Part shown: positions 39,616 to 49,328 of the stretch, piece after piece
How positions within the stretch are numbered: the stretch's first letter is position 1
Layout of the letters: every line of letters starts with the position of its first letter
Assembly (NCBI GenBank): GCA_016744015.1
Contig: JADGFD010000005.1
Coordinates: forward strand, 66,208-130,207
Origin: Paracoccaceae bacterium
GTDB lineage: Bacteria; Pseudomonadota; Alphaproteobacteria; Rhodobacterales; Rhodobacteraceae
DNA length: 64,000 nt
Direction of reading: 5' to 3'
Made by a program: the position numbers and the translations under genes
The notes under the pieces: generated by a model
The model's input: only the letters and a program-made list of their open reading frames with translations
Told to the model about the DNA's origin: nothing
The model's database searches: none

Positions 39616-40226
39616 ACACTGTCAATCGCAGCCTGCACCGCAACTTTTATATCCATCTCCGACGTATCAATAACGGTCGCATCCGCAGCGGCGTGCATGG
39701 GCGCAACATCGCGCGAGGCATCACGGATGTCCCGCTGTTTAAGGTCAATCGCCACGGTCTCCAGCTTGGTCTCGGGCTTTTTCGCTTTCAGCTCCAAATA
39801 GCGCCGCTCGGCCCGCACCGTATCTGAGGCCGTTACATAAAGCTTTACGTCGGCCTCAGGGCTAATCACCGTGCCAATATCGCGGCCATCCAGCACCGCG
39901 CCACCTTTGCGCTTGGCAAAGGCCTTCTGGAAATCCAGCAACGCCGCCCGCACCTCTGGCAAGGCCGCCACCTTGCTGGCCGCCTGCGCCACGCGCGCAG
40001 TGCGCAACCCGTCACGGGCAAGGTCGCTTTCCGTAAGTGTTTTGGCAATGTCTTCTGCAATATCAGCCGCAATCACCCCGCGCCCACGCATCATGGCCTT
40101 AGCCCCCACGGCGCGGTAAAGTAAGCCGGTATCAAGATGCGCAAAGCCAAATTTTTCAGCCACGGCGCGGGCAACAGTGCCCTTGCCGGCGGCGGCCGGG
40201 CCATCAATGGCAACGGTAAACTGCAT
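39588..40226 (-). CDS. cmk: (d)CMP kinase
   Basis: P-loop '[11 protein letters not shown]'. Confidence 0.9.
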   Translation of the reverse strand: MQFTVAIDGPAAAGKGTVARAVAEKFGFAHLDTGLLYRAVGAKAMMRGRGVIAADIAEDIAKTLTESDLARDGLRTARVAQAASKVAALPEVRAALLDFQKAFAKRKGGAVLDGRDIGTVISPEADVKLYVTASDTVRAERRYLELKAKKPETKLETVAIDLKQRDIRDASRDVAPMHAAADATVIDTSEMDIKVAVQAAIDSVQAALGARG

Positions 40227-40253
40227 ACTGATTCCTACTCGCTTTTCGCCTTT

Positions 40254-41285
40254 TTAGCGATTCAACAGCCGGTTGACTACCGGCGCAAACAATATCACCA
40301 CAAATATCCTTAAAATATGGTGCGTCACCACAAAGCTAAGATCTGCGCCCGCGATAATCGCCACCACCGTCATCTCAGCCTGCCCACCGGGCAAATAGGC
40401 CAGAAACGCCTCAAGCGGCGGCGCAATGCCACTATGGCCGATGCCATAAATAAACGTCCCAGCAACCCCCGCGACTGCGACCGAAAAAGCTAGCCCTGCG
40501 GCCACATCCTTCTTCAACTCTCGCGCCGTTATGCCTGCATATTTCACCCCCACGGCAATGCCTATAAAAAACTGCGCCGACCAAATGATTTCAGCCGGCG
40601 GCCGCTGGGTAATAATGCCCGAAAGGCTCAGCCCCGCCGTGAGGATCATCGGCCCCAAGATAGACGCTCCAAATAGCCCCACCCGCTCAGCCACCTTCCA
40701 GCCAATAAAACCAGCCGCGATCATCAGCCCTATTTGGACAGGGTCCATCCCGCGCGCCGGTGTTCCCGGTGGCAAAGTCAGATCAAGTGACCAAAGCATG
40801 GTCAGCACAATCGGCGCAATGGTCAGCAGCACCAGCACCCGCGTCGCATGAATAAGCCCCAGCGCCCGCACATCTCCGCCCGCCTCTTCGCCAAAAACCA
40901 GCATATCCTGCAAGCCCCCCGGCATGGAGGCATAATAGGCCGTCGGGTGGTTGAAGCCAAAGCCATAGCGCAAGATCGGATAGCCAATCGCCCCGATGGC
41001 CAGCACAAAAAGCGGAATGAAAGCCAGCGAAAGCCCGATCTCGGGCAGCCTAGCCACCACATCGGGCGTAATCGTAGAGCCGACCGCCACGCCAAGGAAG
41101 GTGCGAAAGAATATGCCCACCTGCCCCATACCCTTAAGCCGCGCACCGGCCAAAGCCGCTACAAGGCAAATGGCCATGGGGCCAAGGAGCATAGGCAGCG
41201 GCAGTGAGAGCGCGCTAAAGGCAGCCGCTCCGATGGCCGCCAAGCCCAATGTAAGGACTCTATATTTCGCGCGGGTCAAAACCAT
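40254..41285 (-). CDS. AbrB-family (putative ammonia monooxygenase-like) duplicated membrane protein
   Basis: Two homologous 5-TM halves (PF05145-like). Confidence 0.75.
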   Translation of the reverse strand: MVLTRAKYRVLTLGLAAIGAAAFSALSLPLPMLLGPMAICLVAALAGARLKGMGQVGIFFRTFLGVAVGSTITPDVVARLPEIGLSLAFIPLFVLAIGAIGYPILRYGFGFNHPTAYYASMPGGLQDMLVFGEEAGGDVRALGLIHATRVLVLLTIAPIVLTMLWSLDLTLPPGTPARGMDPVQIGLMIAAGFIGWKVAERVGLFGASILGPMILTAGLSLSGIITQRPPAEIIWSAQFFIGIAVGVKYAGITARELKKDVAAGLAFSVAVAGVAGTFIYGIGHSGIAPPLEAFLAYLPGGQAEMTVVAIIAGADLSFVVTHHILRIFVVILFAPVVNRLLNR

Positions 41286-41494
41286 ACACAGCTCTCGTTT
41301 TCATCCCCGCCAAGCCTAACGAAGCCATCACCTAATTGCGAGAGGTTTGTTGCAACCCTGAAACGCCACGCCAAGCACAACCAGCTTGCTTTGACCTCGG
41401 GGCGGGCAAGCCCACCCGCTCGGCGAGATGGGCGCAAAATCAAGCTAACAGGTGACCACTGTAATTAGGGGGTGAATGGCGCTTGCGCCAGAGG

Positions 41495-41590
41495 GGGCTA
41501 AGCCCCCTGCCGATGGCGAAGCCGAGGCCAAGCCCAACCGCCGGTGTCGTTTGCGAAGCAAATGGCGTCCGGTGGGCGGGAGGGCTTGCT
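41495..41590. repeat. dispersed GC-rich intergenic repeat, copy B (inverted relative to the copy at 3381-3470; ~80% identity over ~90 bp)
   Basis: Shared string GCGAAG(C)CGAGGCCA(A/C)GCCCAACCGCCGG...CGTTTGCGAAGCAAATGGCG...GGTGGGCGGGAG, preceded by GCCCCCTGCCGA. Confidence 0.7.
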
Positions 41591-41669
41591 TCAGTCTGCA
41601 CCTTTTTGCTATCGCAACACCACCCAAATTTGCCTCTTACAAGTGACTAAACTGCAATACTGTGTCGTG

Positions 41670-42393
41670 CTAAAACAAAAGCGAAGGTTCAACAGATAGC
41701 AACCGCACAAAAGCGGGTGATACCAGTTCAAGCCCCGCCTCTGACAAACGGGAGCAAAGTGCAAGAAGCTGAGGCTCGACACCTTCATCCCAAGGCCAAA
41801 ATCGTGTTTCCACCATTTCCGAAATCGTCTGCCGCTGATCTATCAGCTCGGCAAGCGCAGGCGCCAACTCATCTGGAACCATTTCATTTGTTTTTAGCGC
41901 CGCGTTTATGACGGCCATCACAGTGATGTATTTCTCAAGCACGGAGCTACCACTGGCCTGCCATTGCGAAAATGCACCATGTGAATAGGCCCCGATTTCA
42001 TATAAGCCCCTGCGCCAAGCAGCTCTTTCGCTCGGGTCCGCGCAAGCCGCCAATGCCTTTGTAGCGCGGCGCTCCAAATCCCCCGCCCACATCCCCTTTG
42101 GCAGGCCTTGTGGGTAGGCGCAGAAATACGGCGCATCCTTAACGGCGGGATCGGCACTGTTGCGGTCAATTTGCCCAAACGTTGCCAGCAGATAAATTGC
42201 TGACACCCGCAGGGGCGCTGGCGGCGTATACCGTGCCTTGGTGCCAGATATTCCCGTAAAGCGCATCCATCGCGCGCGCCGAGGTTTTTGGGCTCGGGCT
42301 GATGAGGTTTCGGAGGTGCTGCGGAATATCCCCAGCTGCGCCATAGGCGTGCTCAAGGCTGGCCCAGTTGACATCATCCAATTTTTCAAACAT
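41670..42393 (-). pseudogene. hypothetical protein gene with an apparent +1 frameshift near 42229
   Basis: The N-terminal 56 codons (MFEKLDDVNWASLEHAYG...NIWHQGTVY) are in one frame. Plausible protein sequence then continues in another frame (PPAPLRVSAIYLLATFGQ...). Confidence 0.4.
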
Positions 42394-42402
42394 CAGCGGT
42401 CC

Positions 42403-44235
42403 TTACGGCACAATGCGCACGGCCCCTTTAGCGGCCGAGCTGGCAAAGGCCGCATAGGCCCGCAGCGCGGTTGATACCCGCCGCGTGCGCCTTTCACTAG
42501 GCAGCCAAGGTGCCGCCCCTTTGGCGGCGCGGCGCGCGTCCAGCACGTCCTCTGCCACGGCAAGGTTGATAATCCGCTTAGGAATATCAATTTCGATAAT
42601 ATCCCCTGTTTCCACCAGCCCGATCAGCCCACCTTCCGCCGCTTCCGGCGAAACATGGCCAATGGAAAGGCCCGAGGTTCCCCCCGAAAAGCGCCCATCC
42701 GTTAGCAGCGCGCATTTTTTGCCCAGCCCTTTGGATTTCAGGTAGCTGGTCGGATACAACATTTCCTGCATCCCCGGCCCGCCCTGCGGCCCCTCGAAGC
42801 GGATGACAACCACGTCACCCTCCACCACTTTCCCCGTCAAAATCGCACTCACCGCACTATCCTGACTCTCAAAAACTTTTGCAGGGCCGGTGAACACAAG
42901 GTTGCTATCGTCCACCCCAGCCGTTTTCACAATGCAACCATCCAGCGCAATGTTCCCATCCAGCACGGCCAGCCCGCCATCTTTCGAAAAGGCGTTTTCA
43001 GCACTGCGGATAATCCCGCCTGCGCGGTCACGATCCAGCTCTTTGTAGCGATTATCTGTCGAAAACGCCTCAACCGTGCGTACGCCACCGGGGGCCGCTT
43101 TATAAAACTTCTCAATCTCAGGTTCGTTGCTTACAGCAATGTCCCACTTCGCCAGCGCATGGCCCATGGTTTCCGAATGCACCGTTGGCAGCTCGTCATG
43201 AATAAGCCCTGCCCTGTTCAGCTCGCCCAAAATGCCCATAATCCCGCCCGCGCGGTGGATATCTTCCATATGCACATTCTCGATTGAGGGCGCAACCTTG
43301 CACAGCACCGGCACCTGCTTGGACAGGCGGTTGATGTCTTCCATCGTAAAATCCACACCGCCTTCATGGGCCATCGCCAGCAGGTGCAGTACGGTATTCG
43401 TGGAGCCGCCCATCGAAATATCCAGCGTCATCGCATTTTCAAAAGCTTTGAAGTTTGCCACATCGCGCGGCAAAAGCCCCGCCTCGTTACCCTCGTAATG
43501 CCGCTTGGTGATGTCCACAATCCGCTGGCCACACTCCTCAAATAAGACCTTCCTGTCCGCATGTGTCGCGAGCATTGAACCATTGCCCGGCAGCGCGAGG
43601 CCCAAGGCTTCGGCAAGGCAATTCATAGAGTTCGCGGTAAACATACCCGAGCAAGAGCCGCATGTCGGGCAGGCCGAAGCTTCGATATCATCGACCTGTT
43701 CATCGGTGAAGCTATCATCCGCCGCCGAAACCATGGCATCGACCAAGTCGATCTTCTTTTCCAGATCATTGATCGTAACCTTGCCCGCTTCCATCGGCCC
43801 ACCCGATACAAAGATCGCCGGAACATTGAGCCGCATCGCGGCCATCAGCATCCCCGGCGTAATTTTATCACAGTTGGAAATGCAAACGATAGCATCAGCA
43901 CAGTGGGCATTCACCATATACTCCACCGAGTCCGCAATCACCTCACGCGAAGGCAGGCTATAAAGCATGCCGTCATGGCCCATGGCAATGCCATCATCCA
44001 CCGCGATGGTGTTAAATTCCTTGGCCACCCCGCCAGCCTTCTCAACCTCCCGCGCCACCAGTTGCCCCATATCTTTCAGGTGCACATGGCCCGGCACAAA
44101 CTGCGTGAACGAATTCACCACAGCAATAATCGGCTTGCCAAAGTCACCATCCGTCATGCCTGTGGCCCGCCAAAGGCCGCGAGCGCCTGCCATATTGCGG
44201 CCATGGGTAGAAGTGCGAGAGCGATAATGTGGCAT
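42403..44235 (-). CDS. ilvD: dihydroxy-acid dehydratase
   Basis: '[12 protein letters not shown]' and 'SGGTSG', with [2Fe-2S] cysteines. Confidence 0.95.
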   Translation of the reverse strand: MPHYRSRTSTHGRNMAGARGLWRATGMTDGDFGKPIIAVVNSFTQFVPGHVHLKDMGQLVAREVEKAGGVAKEFNTIAVDDGIAMGHDGMLYSLPSREVIADSVEYMVNAHCADAIVCISNCDKITPGMLMAAMRLNVPAIFVSGGPMEAGKVTINDLEKKIDLVDAMVSAADDSFTDEQVDDIEASACPTCGSCSGMFTANSMNCLAEALGLALPGNGSMLATHADRKVLFEECGQRIVDITKRHYEGNEAGLLPRDVANFKAFENAMTLDISMGGSTNTVLHLLAMAHEGGVDFTMEDINRLSKQVPVLCKVAPSIENVHMEDIHRAGGIMGILGELNRAGLIHDELPTVHSETMGHALAKWDIAVSNEPEIEKFYKAAPGGVRTVEAFSTDNRYKELDRDRAGGIIRSAENAFSKDGGLAVLDGNIALDGCIVKTAGVDDSNLVFTGPAKVFESQDSAVSAILTGKVVEGDVVVIRFEGPQGGPGMQEMLYPTSYLKSKGLGKKCALLTDGRFSGGTSGLSIGHVSPEAAEGGLIGLVETGDIIEIDIPKRIINLAVAEDVLDARRAAKGAAPWLPSERRTRRVSTALRAYAAFASSAAKGAVRIVP

Positions 44236-44314
44236 GAGAGGCCCCTTGTGGTTATCCGGTTTTTACCGGATTAGCACAAGCGGCGGGGGGAGCGCCAGAG
44301 GGTTCAGGCGGAGG

Positions 44315-45190
44315 CTAAATGTTCCAATACCGGACAGGGTTTTGGACGTGCCTCATGTTGGGGTTTACAATACGCTTCCCACGTTCACCTACATACTTTT
44401 CCCATATCTCATCTGGTGCGACCATCCCTTCAAATGCAGATCGGTCCGGCTCGTCAAATGGTTTGTCTGGAAAGATATTACGGGTAGCTTCTCTCCATCC
44501 CTTTTTATCAACCACAAACGCACCAACAACCACACCCCTTACAACAGCCAACACATAGTCGGCTTTGTTCGCCCTATTTCTGCTCAGCCTCCATGCGAAT
44601 CGGACTTGTCTGTAAATTTGTTGCCGCTCAGGATCGTCCGCATTCATTGACTTAAGTCTATTAATATTTATCAAAACGAGTTTGTCTGTTGGAGTTTTGT
44701 CCAATTCAGGCAAATCATATTTATCCATAATTTGAAGAACATGCATTGGCCCTCGGTCAGAGCTTCCATGCCCACCTTGAGAGTTAGTTAATCCAGGGAA
44801 AGCATCAATAAGCGCTGCTTCGACCTCAAAAATTGCAGGTTTGGGAATCCCGTGCCTGTGTATAATATGAATGACTTTGAGTTGGGCTCGTTTTATTTCA
44901 TTAATCCGGCCTATTTTGGCTCCCAATTCATCCTCGTTATCCACATCCTCTCCGTCAGTAGTCGCGTTTAAACGTATCTGATCTGCTTGGGCTTTGGCAA
45001 ACTCGCCCGAGGCATGATGGAACACACGGTTTTTCACCCCCTTACCCACATAGAAAGTTTCTCCATTTCGTGGGTCCACAAGGCGATAGACATAGTTCCC
45101 CAAATCTTTGATCGCTTGCTCACTAAATTGTTTTTCCTTTTTGGGTGTGCTCAATGCTTTTCTTCCTTGGGTTGCACCCCAATCCACCAC
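44315..45190 (-). CDS. GIY-YIG nuclease-domain protein with a ~170-aa C-terminal domain of unknown function
   Basis: 'GNYVYRLVDPRNGETFYVGKGVKNRVFHH' (GIY...YVG...NR..H). Gene GC is about 41%. Probable start TTG 45157, preceded by SD AAGGAAG. Confidence 0.7.
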   Translation of the reverse strand: MVDWGATQGRKALSTPKKEKQFSEQAIKDLGNYVYRLVDPRNGETFYVGKGVKNRVFHHASGEFAKAQADQIRLNATTDGEDVDNEDELGAKIGRINEIKRAQLKVIHIIHRHGIPKPAIFEVEAALIDAFPGLTNSQGGHGSSDRGPMHVLQIMDKYDLPELDKTPTDKLVLININRLKSMNADDPERQQIYRQVRFAWRLSRNRANKADYVLAVVRGVVVGAFVVDKKGWREATRNIFPDKPFDEPDRSAFEGMVAPDEIWEKYVGERGKRIVNPNMRHVQNPVRYWNI

Positions 45191-45213
45191 AAAAGGACGG
45201 GCGCTTCAAGACA

Positions 45214-45579
45214 TCATTCTTGATCCATTGTTACCCTGCACTGAAAGCAATTATTCCGCGCCGAGCGCACATCCACAAAAGCCACGCCTGCCCGCGCCAG
45301 TATTTCCGTCCCCATCCGCTCAATATCCGCTGCCAACGTGATTTGCCCTGTGCCATACACAATCCGGTAATCGGCGCTGTAGCCTTTTAGCAAATAGTCA
45401 GGGCTGGATTGCAAGGCTGGCGGAATGCCCGTCCCGCGCCAAGGCGTGCAATTGTTAGCACATAAAAAGATCGGGCCCATTTCTGCATAGGGCTTAATAG
45501 TGGGAAATGGCCCTCTCGGCTTGAAATCCATAGTCATCAACCCCGCCTTGGCGGATATCTGTAACCCATGCTTGGTCAT
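45214..45579 (-). CDS. hypothetical protein (121 codons), no recognised domain
   Basis: ORF immediately upstream of the GIY-YIG gene on the same strand (23-nt gap). Confidence 0.35.
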   Translation of the reverse strand: MTKHGLQISAKAGLMTMDFKPRGPFPTIKPYAEMGPIFLCANNCTPWRGTGIPPALQSSPDYLLKGYSADYRIVYGTGQITLAADIERMGTEILARAGVAFVDVRSARNNCFQCRVTMDQE

Positions 45580-45722
45580 AGGGATGAAATGTGAGGTTCA
45601 TGTTCTTACTCCAAATAGTGTGTTGCACTCTTGGAGCAAACGCCCTTTAATCTCGACCCGAAACCTGCGGGTTATGTAGAGTAGGCTTTGACCCACCAAT
45701 GGTGCGTGGGAAACCACGCACC

Positions 45723-46505
45723 CTACCTCGCCGCGCTCTGCAAGCTGCTTTCCAGCAAGTGCTTCGTATAGGGATGCTCGGTGCGCATGGCACGCATGTC
45801 CTCCACCCCCAACGTTTCAACGATTTCGCCAAGCTGCATCACGGCGATATCGTGGCAGATATGCCCCACCACCGCGAGATCATGGCTCACCATCAAATAG
45901 GTCAGCTTATGCTCGGCCCGCAGATCTGTCAGCAGGTTGAGTATTTCGGCTTGCACCGAAACATCCAGCGCCGAAGTGGGCTCATCCAGCAGCAGGATTT
46001 GCGGCTCAGGGGCCAAGGCACGTGCAATCGCCACGCGCTGGCGCTGGCCGCCAGAAAGCTGGTGCGGGTAGCGAAACCGGAAAGATGGGCCAAGGCCCAC
46101 ATCATCCAGCAGCTTGGAAATGCGGGTATCAATATCCTTAAACCCGTGCAATGAAAGCGTTTCGCTCAGCACTTGGTCAACCGAATGGCGGGGGTGCAAG
46201 CTGGCGTAGGGGTCTTGAAACACCATTTGCACGGCTCGATAGAAATCACGCGAGCGTGGGGTTTCGACAGGTTTGCCCAGAATATCAATTTTGCCAGACC
46301 ACGTAGGCGCCAGCCCCATGATCGCCCGCAAAATTGTGGATTTACCCGAACCACTTTCGCCAACCAGCCCAAAGCTGCCACCCTTGGGCACGCTCAGCTT
46401 GGCGTTTTTCACAGCGTCCACCCGCTCTTCATACTCTCCGAACCAAACGTTCAGGCCTTCAATTTCAATACCACTCATCCGCTTACACTTTCCTCTGTCG
46501 CCCAA
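45723..46505 (-). CDS. peptide/nickel ABC transporter ATP-binding protein (DppF/OppF-type)
   Basis: Walker A 'GESGSGKST' and 'LSGGQRQRVAIARAL'. Confidence 0.9.
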   Translation of the reverse strand: MGDRGKCKRMSGIEIEGLNVWFGEYEERVDAVKNAKLSVPKGGSFGLVGESGSGKSTILRAIMGLAPTWSGKIDILGKPVETPRSRDFYRAVQMVFQDPYASLHPRHSVDQVLSETLSLHGFKDIDTRISKLLDDVGLGPSFRFRYPHQLSGGQRQRVAIARALAPEPQILLLDEPTSALDVSVQAEILNLLTDLRAEHKLTYLMVSHDLAVVGHICHDIAVMQLGEIVETLGVEDMRAMRTEHPYTKHLLESSLQSAAR

Positions 46506-47326
46506 GCAGGGTCCCTCTGAAGCACGTCCAGCCGCTCTTTTGGCGCGTCCAAGCGCGGTAATGAGTTAAGCAAGCCCCGCGTATAGGGGTGCTGTGCCTC
46601 GTGCAACTTGTCAGCTGGCAGGGTTTCTACCACGCGGCCAGCATACATAATCAGCACACGGTCACAGAAGCTCGACACCAAATTCAGGTCATGGCTGATG
46701 AAAATCAGCCCCATGCCACGGTCCTTCACTAGCTTGTCCATTATCTCCAGCACCTGCATTTGCACGCTCACATCCAGCGCCGAAGTTGGCTCGTCTGCTA
46801 TCATAATCTTTGGATCAGGTATCAGCATCATGGCAATCATTATCCGCTGGCCCATACCGCCAGACACCTCATGCGGGAACATGCGATACACCCGTTCGGG
46901 GTCTCGAATGGCGACCGCCTCCAGCATGGCAATGGCTTTGCGCTTGGCCTCTTTTTTCGACACTTTGGCATGCAGCCGATAGGCCTCTGAAATCTGCGCG
47001 CCCACCCGCATTACAGGGTTCAGCGAAAACTTCGGGTCCTGCATGATCATCGAAATCTGCTGCCCGCGCACCTTGCGCATCTCACGCTCAGAGCGGCCCA
47101 GCAGGTCCACCCCTTCCAGTTCCATCTTGTCGGCTTCTATCATGCCCGGCGGCCTGATCAGCCGCAAAATGGCGCGGCCTGTCATGGATTTGCCCGAGCC
47201 ACTTTCGCCCACAATCCCCAGCCGCTCTTGCCCGAGGCTAAAGCTCACGCCGCGCACAGCGTCAAACACGCCATTGCGAGTGGGGAATTTTACCCAGAGG
47301 TTTTCAACTTCTAACAGCTTGCTCAT
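46475..47326 (-). CDS. peptide/nickel ABC transporter ATP-binding protein (DppD/OppD-type)
   Basis: 'GESGSGKS' and 'VSGGMGQRIMIAM'. Confidence 0.9.
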   Translation of the reverse strand: MSKLLEVENLWVKFPTRNGVFDAVRGVSFSLGQERLGIVGESGSGKSMTGRAILRLIRPPGMIEADKMELEGVDLLGRSEREMRKVRGQQISMIMQDPKFSLNPVMRVGAQISEAYRLHAKVSKKEAKRKAIAMLEAVAIRDPERVYRMFPHEVSGGMGQRIMIAMMLIPDPKIMIADEPTSALDVSVQMQVLEIMDKLVKDRGMGLIFISHDLNLVSSFCDRVLIMYAGRVVETLPADKLHEAQHPYTRGLLNSLPRLDAPKERLDVLQRDPAWATEESVSG

Positions 47327-48273
47327 GACGCACCATCTTTCGGGTCCAACACATCGCGCAACCCATCGCCCAGCAGGTTAAACGCCAGCGAAACCGTAAA
47401 AATCGCGAGGCCGGGCATAGTGGCCACCCACCAGTGATCAAGGATAAACTTGCGGCCCTCACTGATCATCGCGCCCCACTCGGGGCTAGGCGGCTGCGCA
47501 CCAAGACCAAGGAACCCAAGGCCCGCGGCAGCCAGAATGATGCCTGCCATATCCAGCGTCACCCTCACCACGAGCGAGGAAATGCAAAGCGGCCAGATGT
47601 GCTTGGTGATAATCCGCATCGGTCCTGCACCTTGCAAACGCACAGCGTGGATATAATCCGAATTCCGGATCGTCAGCGTTTCCGCCCGTGCAATCCGTGC
47701 ATAGGGCGGCCATGCCGTTAGCGAGATCGCCAGTACCGCGTTTTCAATGCCTGCGCCCAGCGTGGCCACAAAGGCCAGCGCCAGAATCAAGCGCGGGAAC
47801 GCAAGAAAAATATCGGTAATCCGCATCAGGATAACATCCAGCCAGCCGCCCGCATAGCCCGCAATGGTGCCCACCAGCAGCCCCATAATCGGGGCCATCA
47901 GCGCCACCAGCGTAACGATATAAAGCGTAATCCGCGAGCCATATAAGAGCCTTGAAAGAATATCCCGCCCGAGACTGTCTGACCCCAAAATGTAACCCTC
48001 AATTGCGGGGTCACGGTCTGCCTGCCAAATCGGCGGGGTCAGCCGCAAGCTTAGGTCTTGGATAAACGGATCAGACGGGGCCAGAACCGAGGCCAAGGCC
48101 GCGATGATCACCAACGCTATCAAAATCCCCAGCCCCAACATCGCCATGTGGTTACCCTTAAGCGACAGCCACGCTTGGTAAAGCGAGGCGGCGCGGGCAT
48201 GGCGGCGTGAGGTTGGGGTATCGGTTAACAGCCAGCCACGAAGGCCGGGTTTTTGCGTGTCGGCTAGGCTCAT
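47323..48273 (-). CDS. peptide ABC transporter permease (DppC/OppC-type)
   Basis: Binding-protein-dependent permease TM profile. Confidence 0.9.
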   Translation of the reverse strand: MSLADTQKPGLRGWLLTDTPTSRRHARAASLYQAWLSLKGNHMAMLGLGILIALVIIAALASVLAPSDPFIQDLSLRLTPPIWQADRDPAIEGYILGSDSLGRDILSRLLYGSRITLYIVTLVALMAPIMGLLVGTIAGYAGGWLDVILMRITDIFLAFPRLILALAFVATLGAGIENAVLAISLTAWPPYARIARAETLTIRNSDYIHAVRLQGAGPMRIITKHIWPLCISSLVVRVTLDMAGIILAAAGLGFLGLGAQPPSPEWGAMISEGRKFILDHWWVATMPGLAIFTVSLAFNLLGDGLRDVLDPKDGAS

Positions 48274-49328
48274 TTTGCCCTCGGATCAAAGAATTTATAG
48301 AGAAGTTCGGCAAAGATATTGAGCAGCACAAACACAAGGCCCACCACCACGGTGCCGCCCATAACGGCGTTCATATCGGCGCTCAAAAGCGAGATCGTGA
48401 TGTATTTACCAATGCCGGGCCATGAGAAAATGATCTCGGTCAGCACCGAGCCTTCCAGCAAGCCCGCATAAGAAAGCGCAATCACCGTAATCAGCGGCAC
48501 CTTGATATTGCCAAAAGCGTGCTTCCACACCACTGCCCATTCCGACATGCCCTTAACCCGCGCCGTCGTAATGTATTCCGCGCTCAATTGCTCCAACATA
48601 AAGCTCCGCGTCATCCGGCTGATATAGGCCAATGAGTAGTAGCCGAGCAAGGAGGCTGGCAGGATGATATGCGAAACCGCATTCCAGAAAATTGTCCAGT
48701 CCCGCGCGATAATACTGTCGATGAGGATCATCCCCGTAACGCTCGGCACGATATCCTCAAAATAAATATCGACCCGCCCCGGGCCAGACACCCAGCCAAG
48801 CTTGCCGTAAAGCACCATAAGCCCGATGATGGCCAGCCAAAACACCGGCATCGAATAGCCAATAAGCGCCACAACGCGGGCCACTTGGTCTATCCAGGTG
48901 CCGCGCTTTACCGCCGCCAAAACCCCGAGCGGCACGCCGATGAACACACCAATAAGTGTGCCCAATGTGGCAAGCTCCAGCGTCGCGGGGAAGACCCGCG
49001 TCACGTCATCCCATACCGGAAAACCGGTGCGAAGCGACTTACCAAAATCACCCTGAACCACATCACCGAGGTATATAAAAAATTGCGTAAACAGAGATTT
49101 ATCGAGCCCGAGCTCCAGAAAAACCGCCTGATATTGCTCTTGCGTGGCACGTTCGCCAACAATCGAGAGCACAGGGTCCACCGGCATAACCCGCCCGATG
49201 AAAAAGGTTACAAATAAAAGCCCCAGCATGGTGGCGACAACCGTCAGCAGCGTGGAGCCTGTTTTTTTCGCTATGCCAAAAAGGGGCGACCTGCGCCGCC
49301 CCTTTCTGCTTTGTTCAGCCATCGCCAT
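48270..49328 (-). CDS. peptide ABC transporter permease (DppB/OppB-type)
   Basis: Permease profile. Confidence 0.9.
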   Translation of the reverse strand: MAMAEQSRKGRRRSPLFGIAKKTGSTLLTVVATMLGLLFVTFFIGRVMPVDPVLSIVGERATQEQYQAVFLELGLDKSLFTQFFIYLGDVVQGDFGKSLRTGFPVWDDVTRVFPATLELATLGTLIGVFIGVPLGVLAAVKRGTWIDQVARVVALIGYSMPVFWLAIIGLMVLYGKLGWVSGPGRVDIYFEDIVPSVTGMILIDSIIARDWTIFWNAVSHIILPASLLGYYSLAYISRMTRSFMLEQLSAEYITTARVKGMSEWAVVWKHAFGNIKVPLITVIALSYAGLLEGSVLTEIIFSWPGIGKYITISLLSADMNAVMGGTVVVGLVFVLLNIFAELLYKFFDPRAK

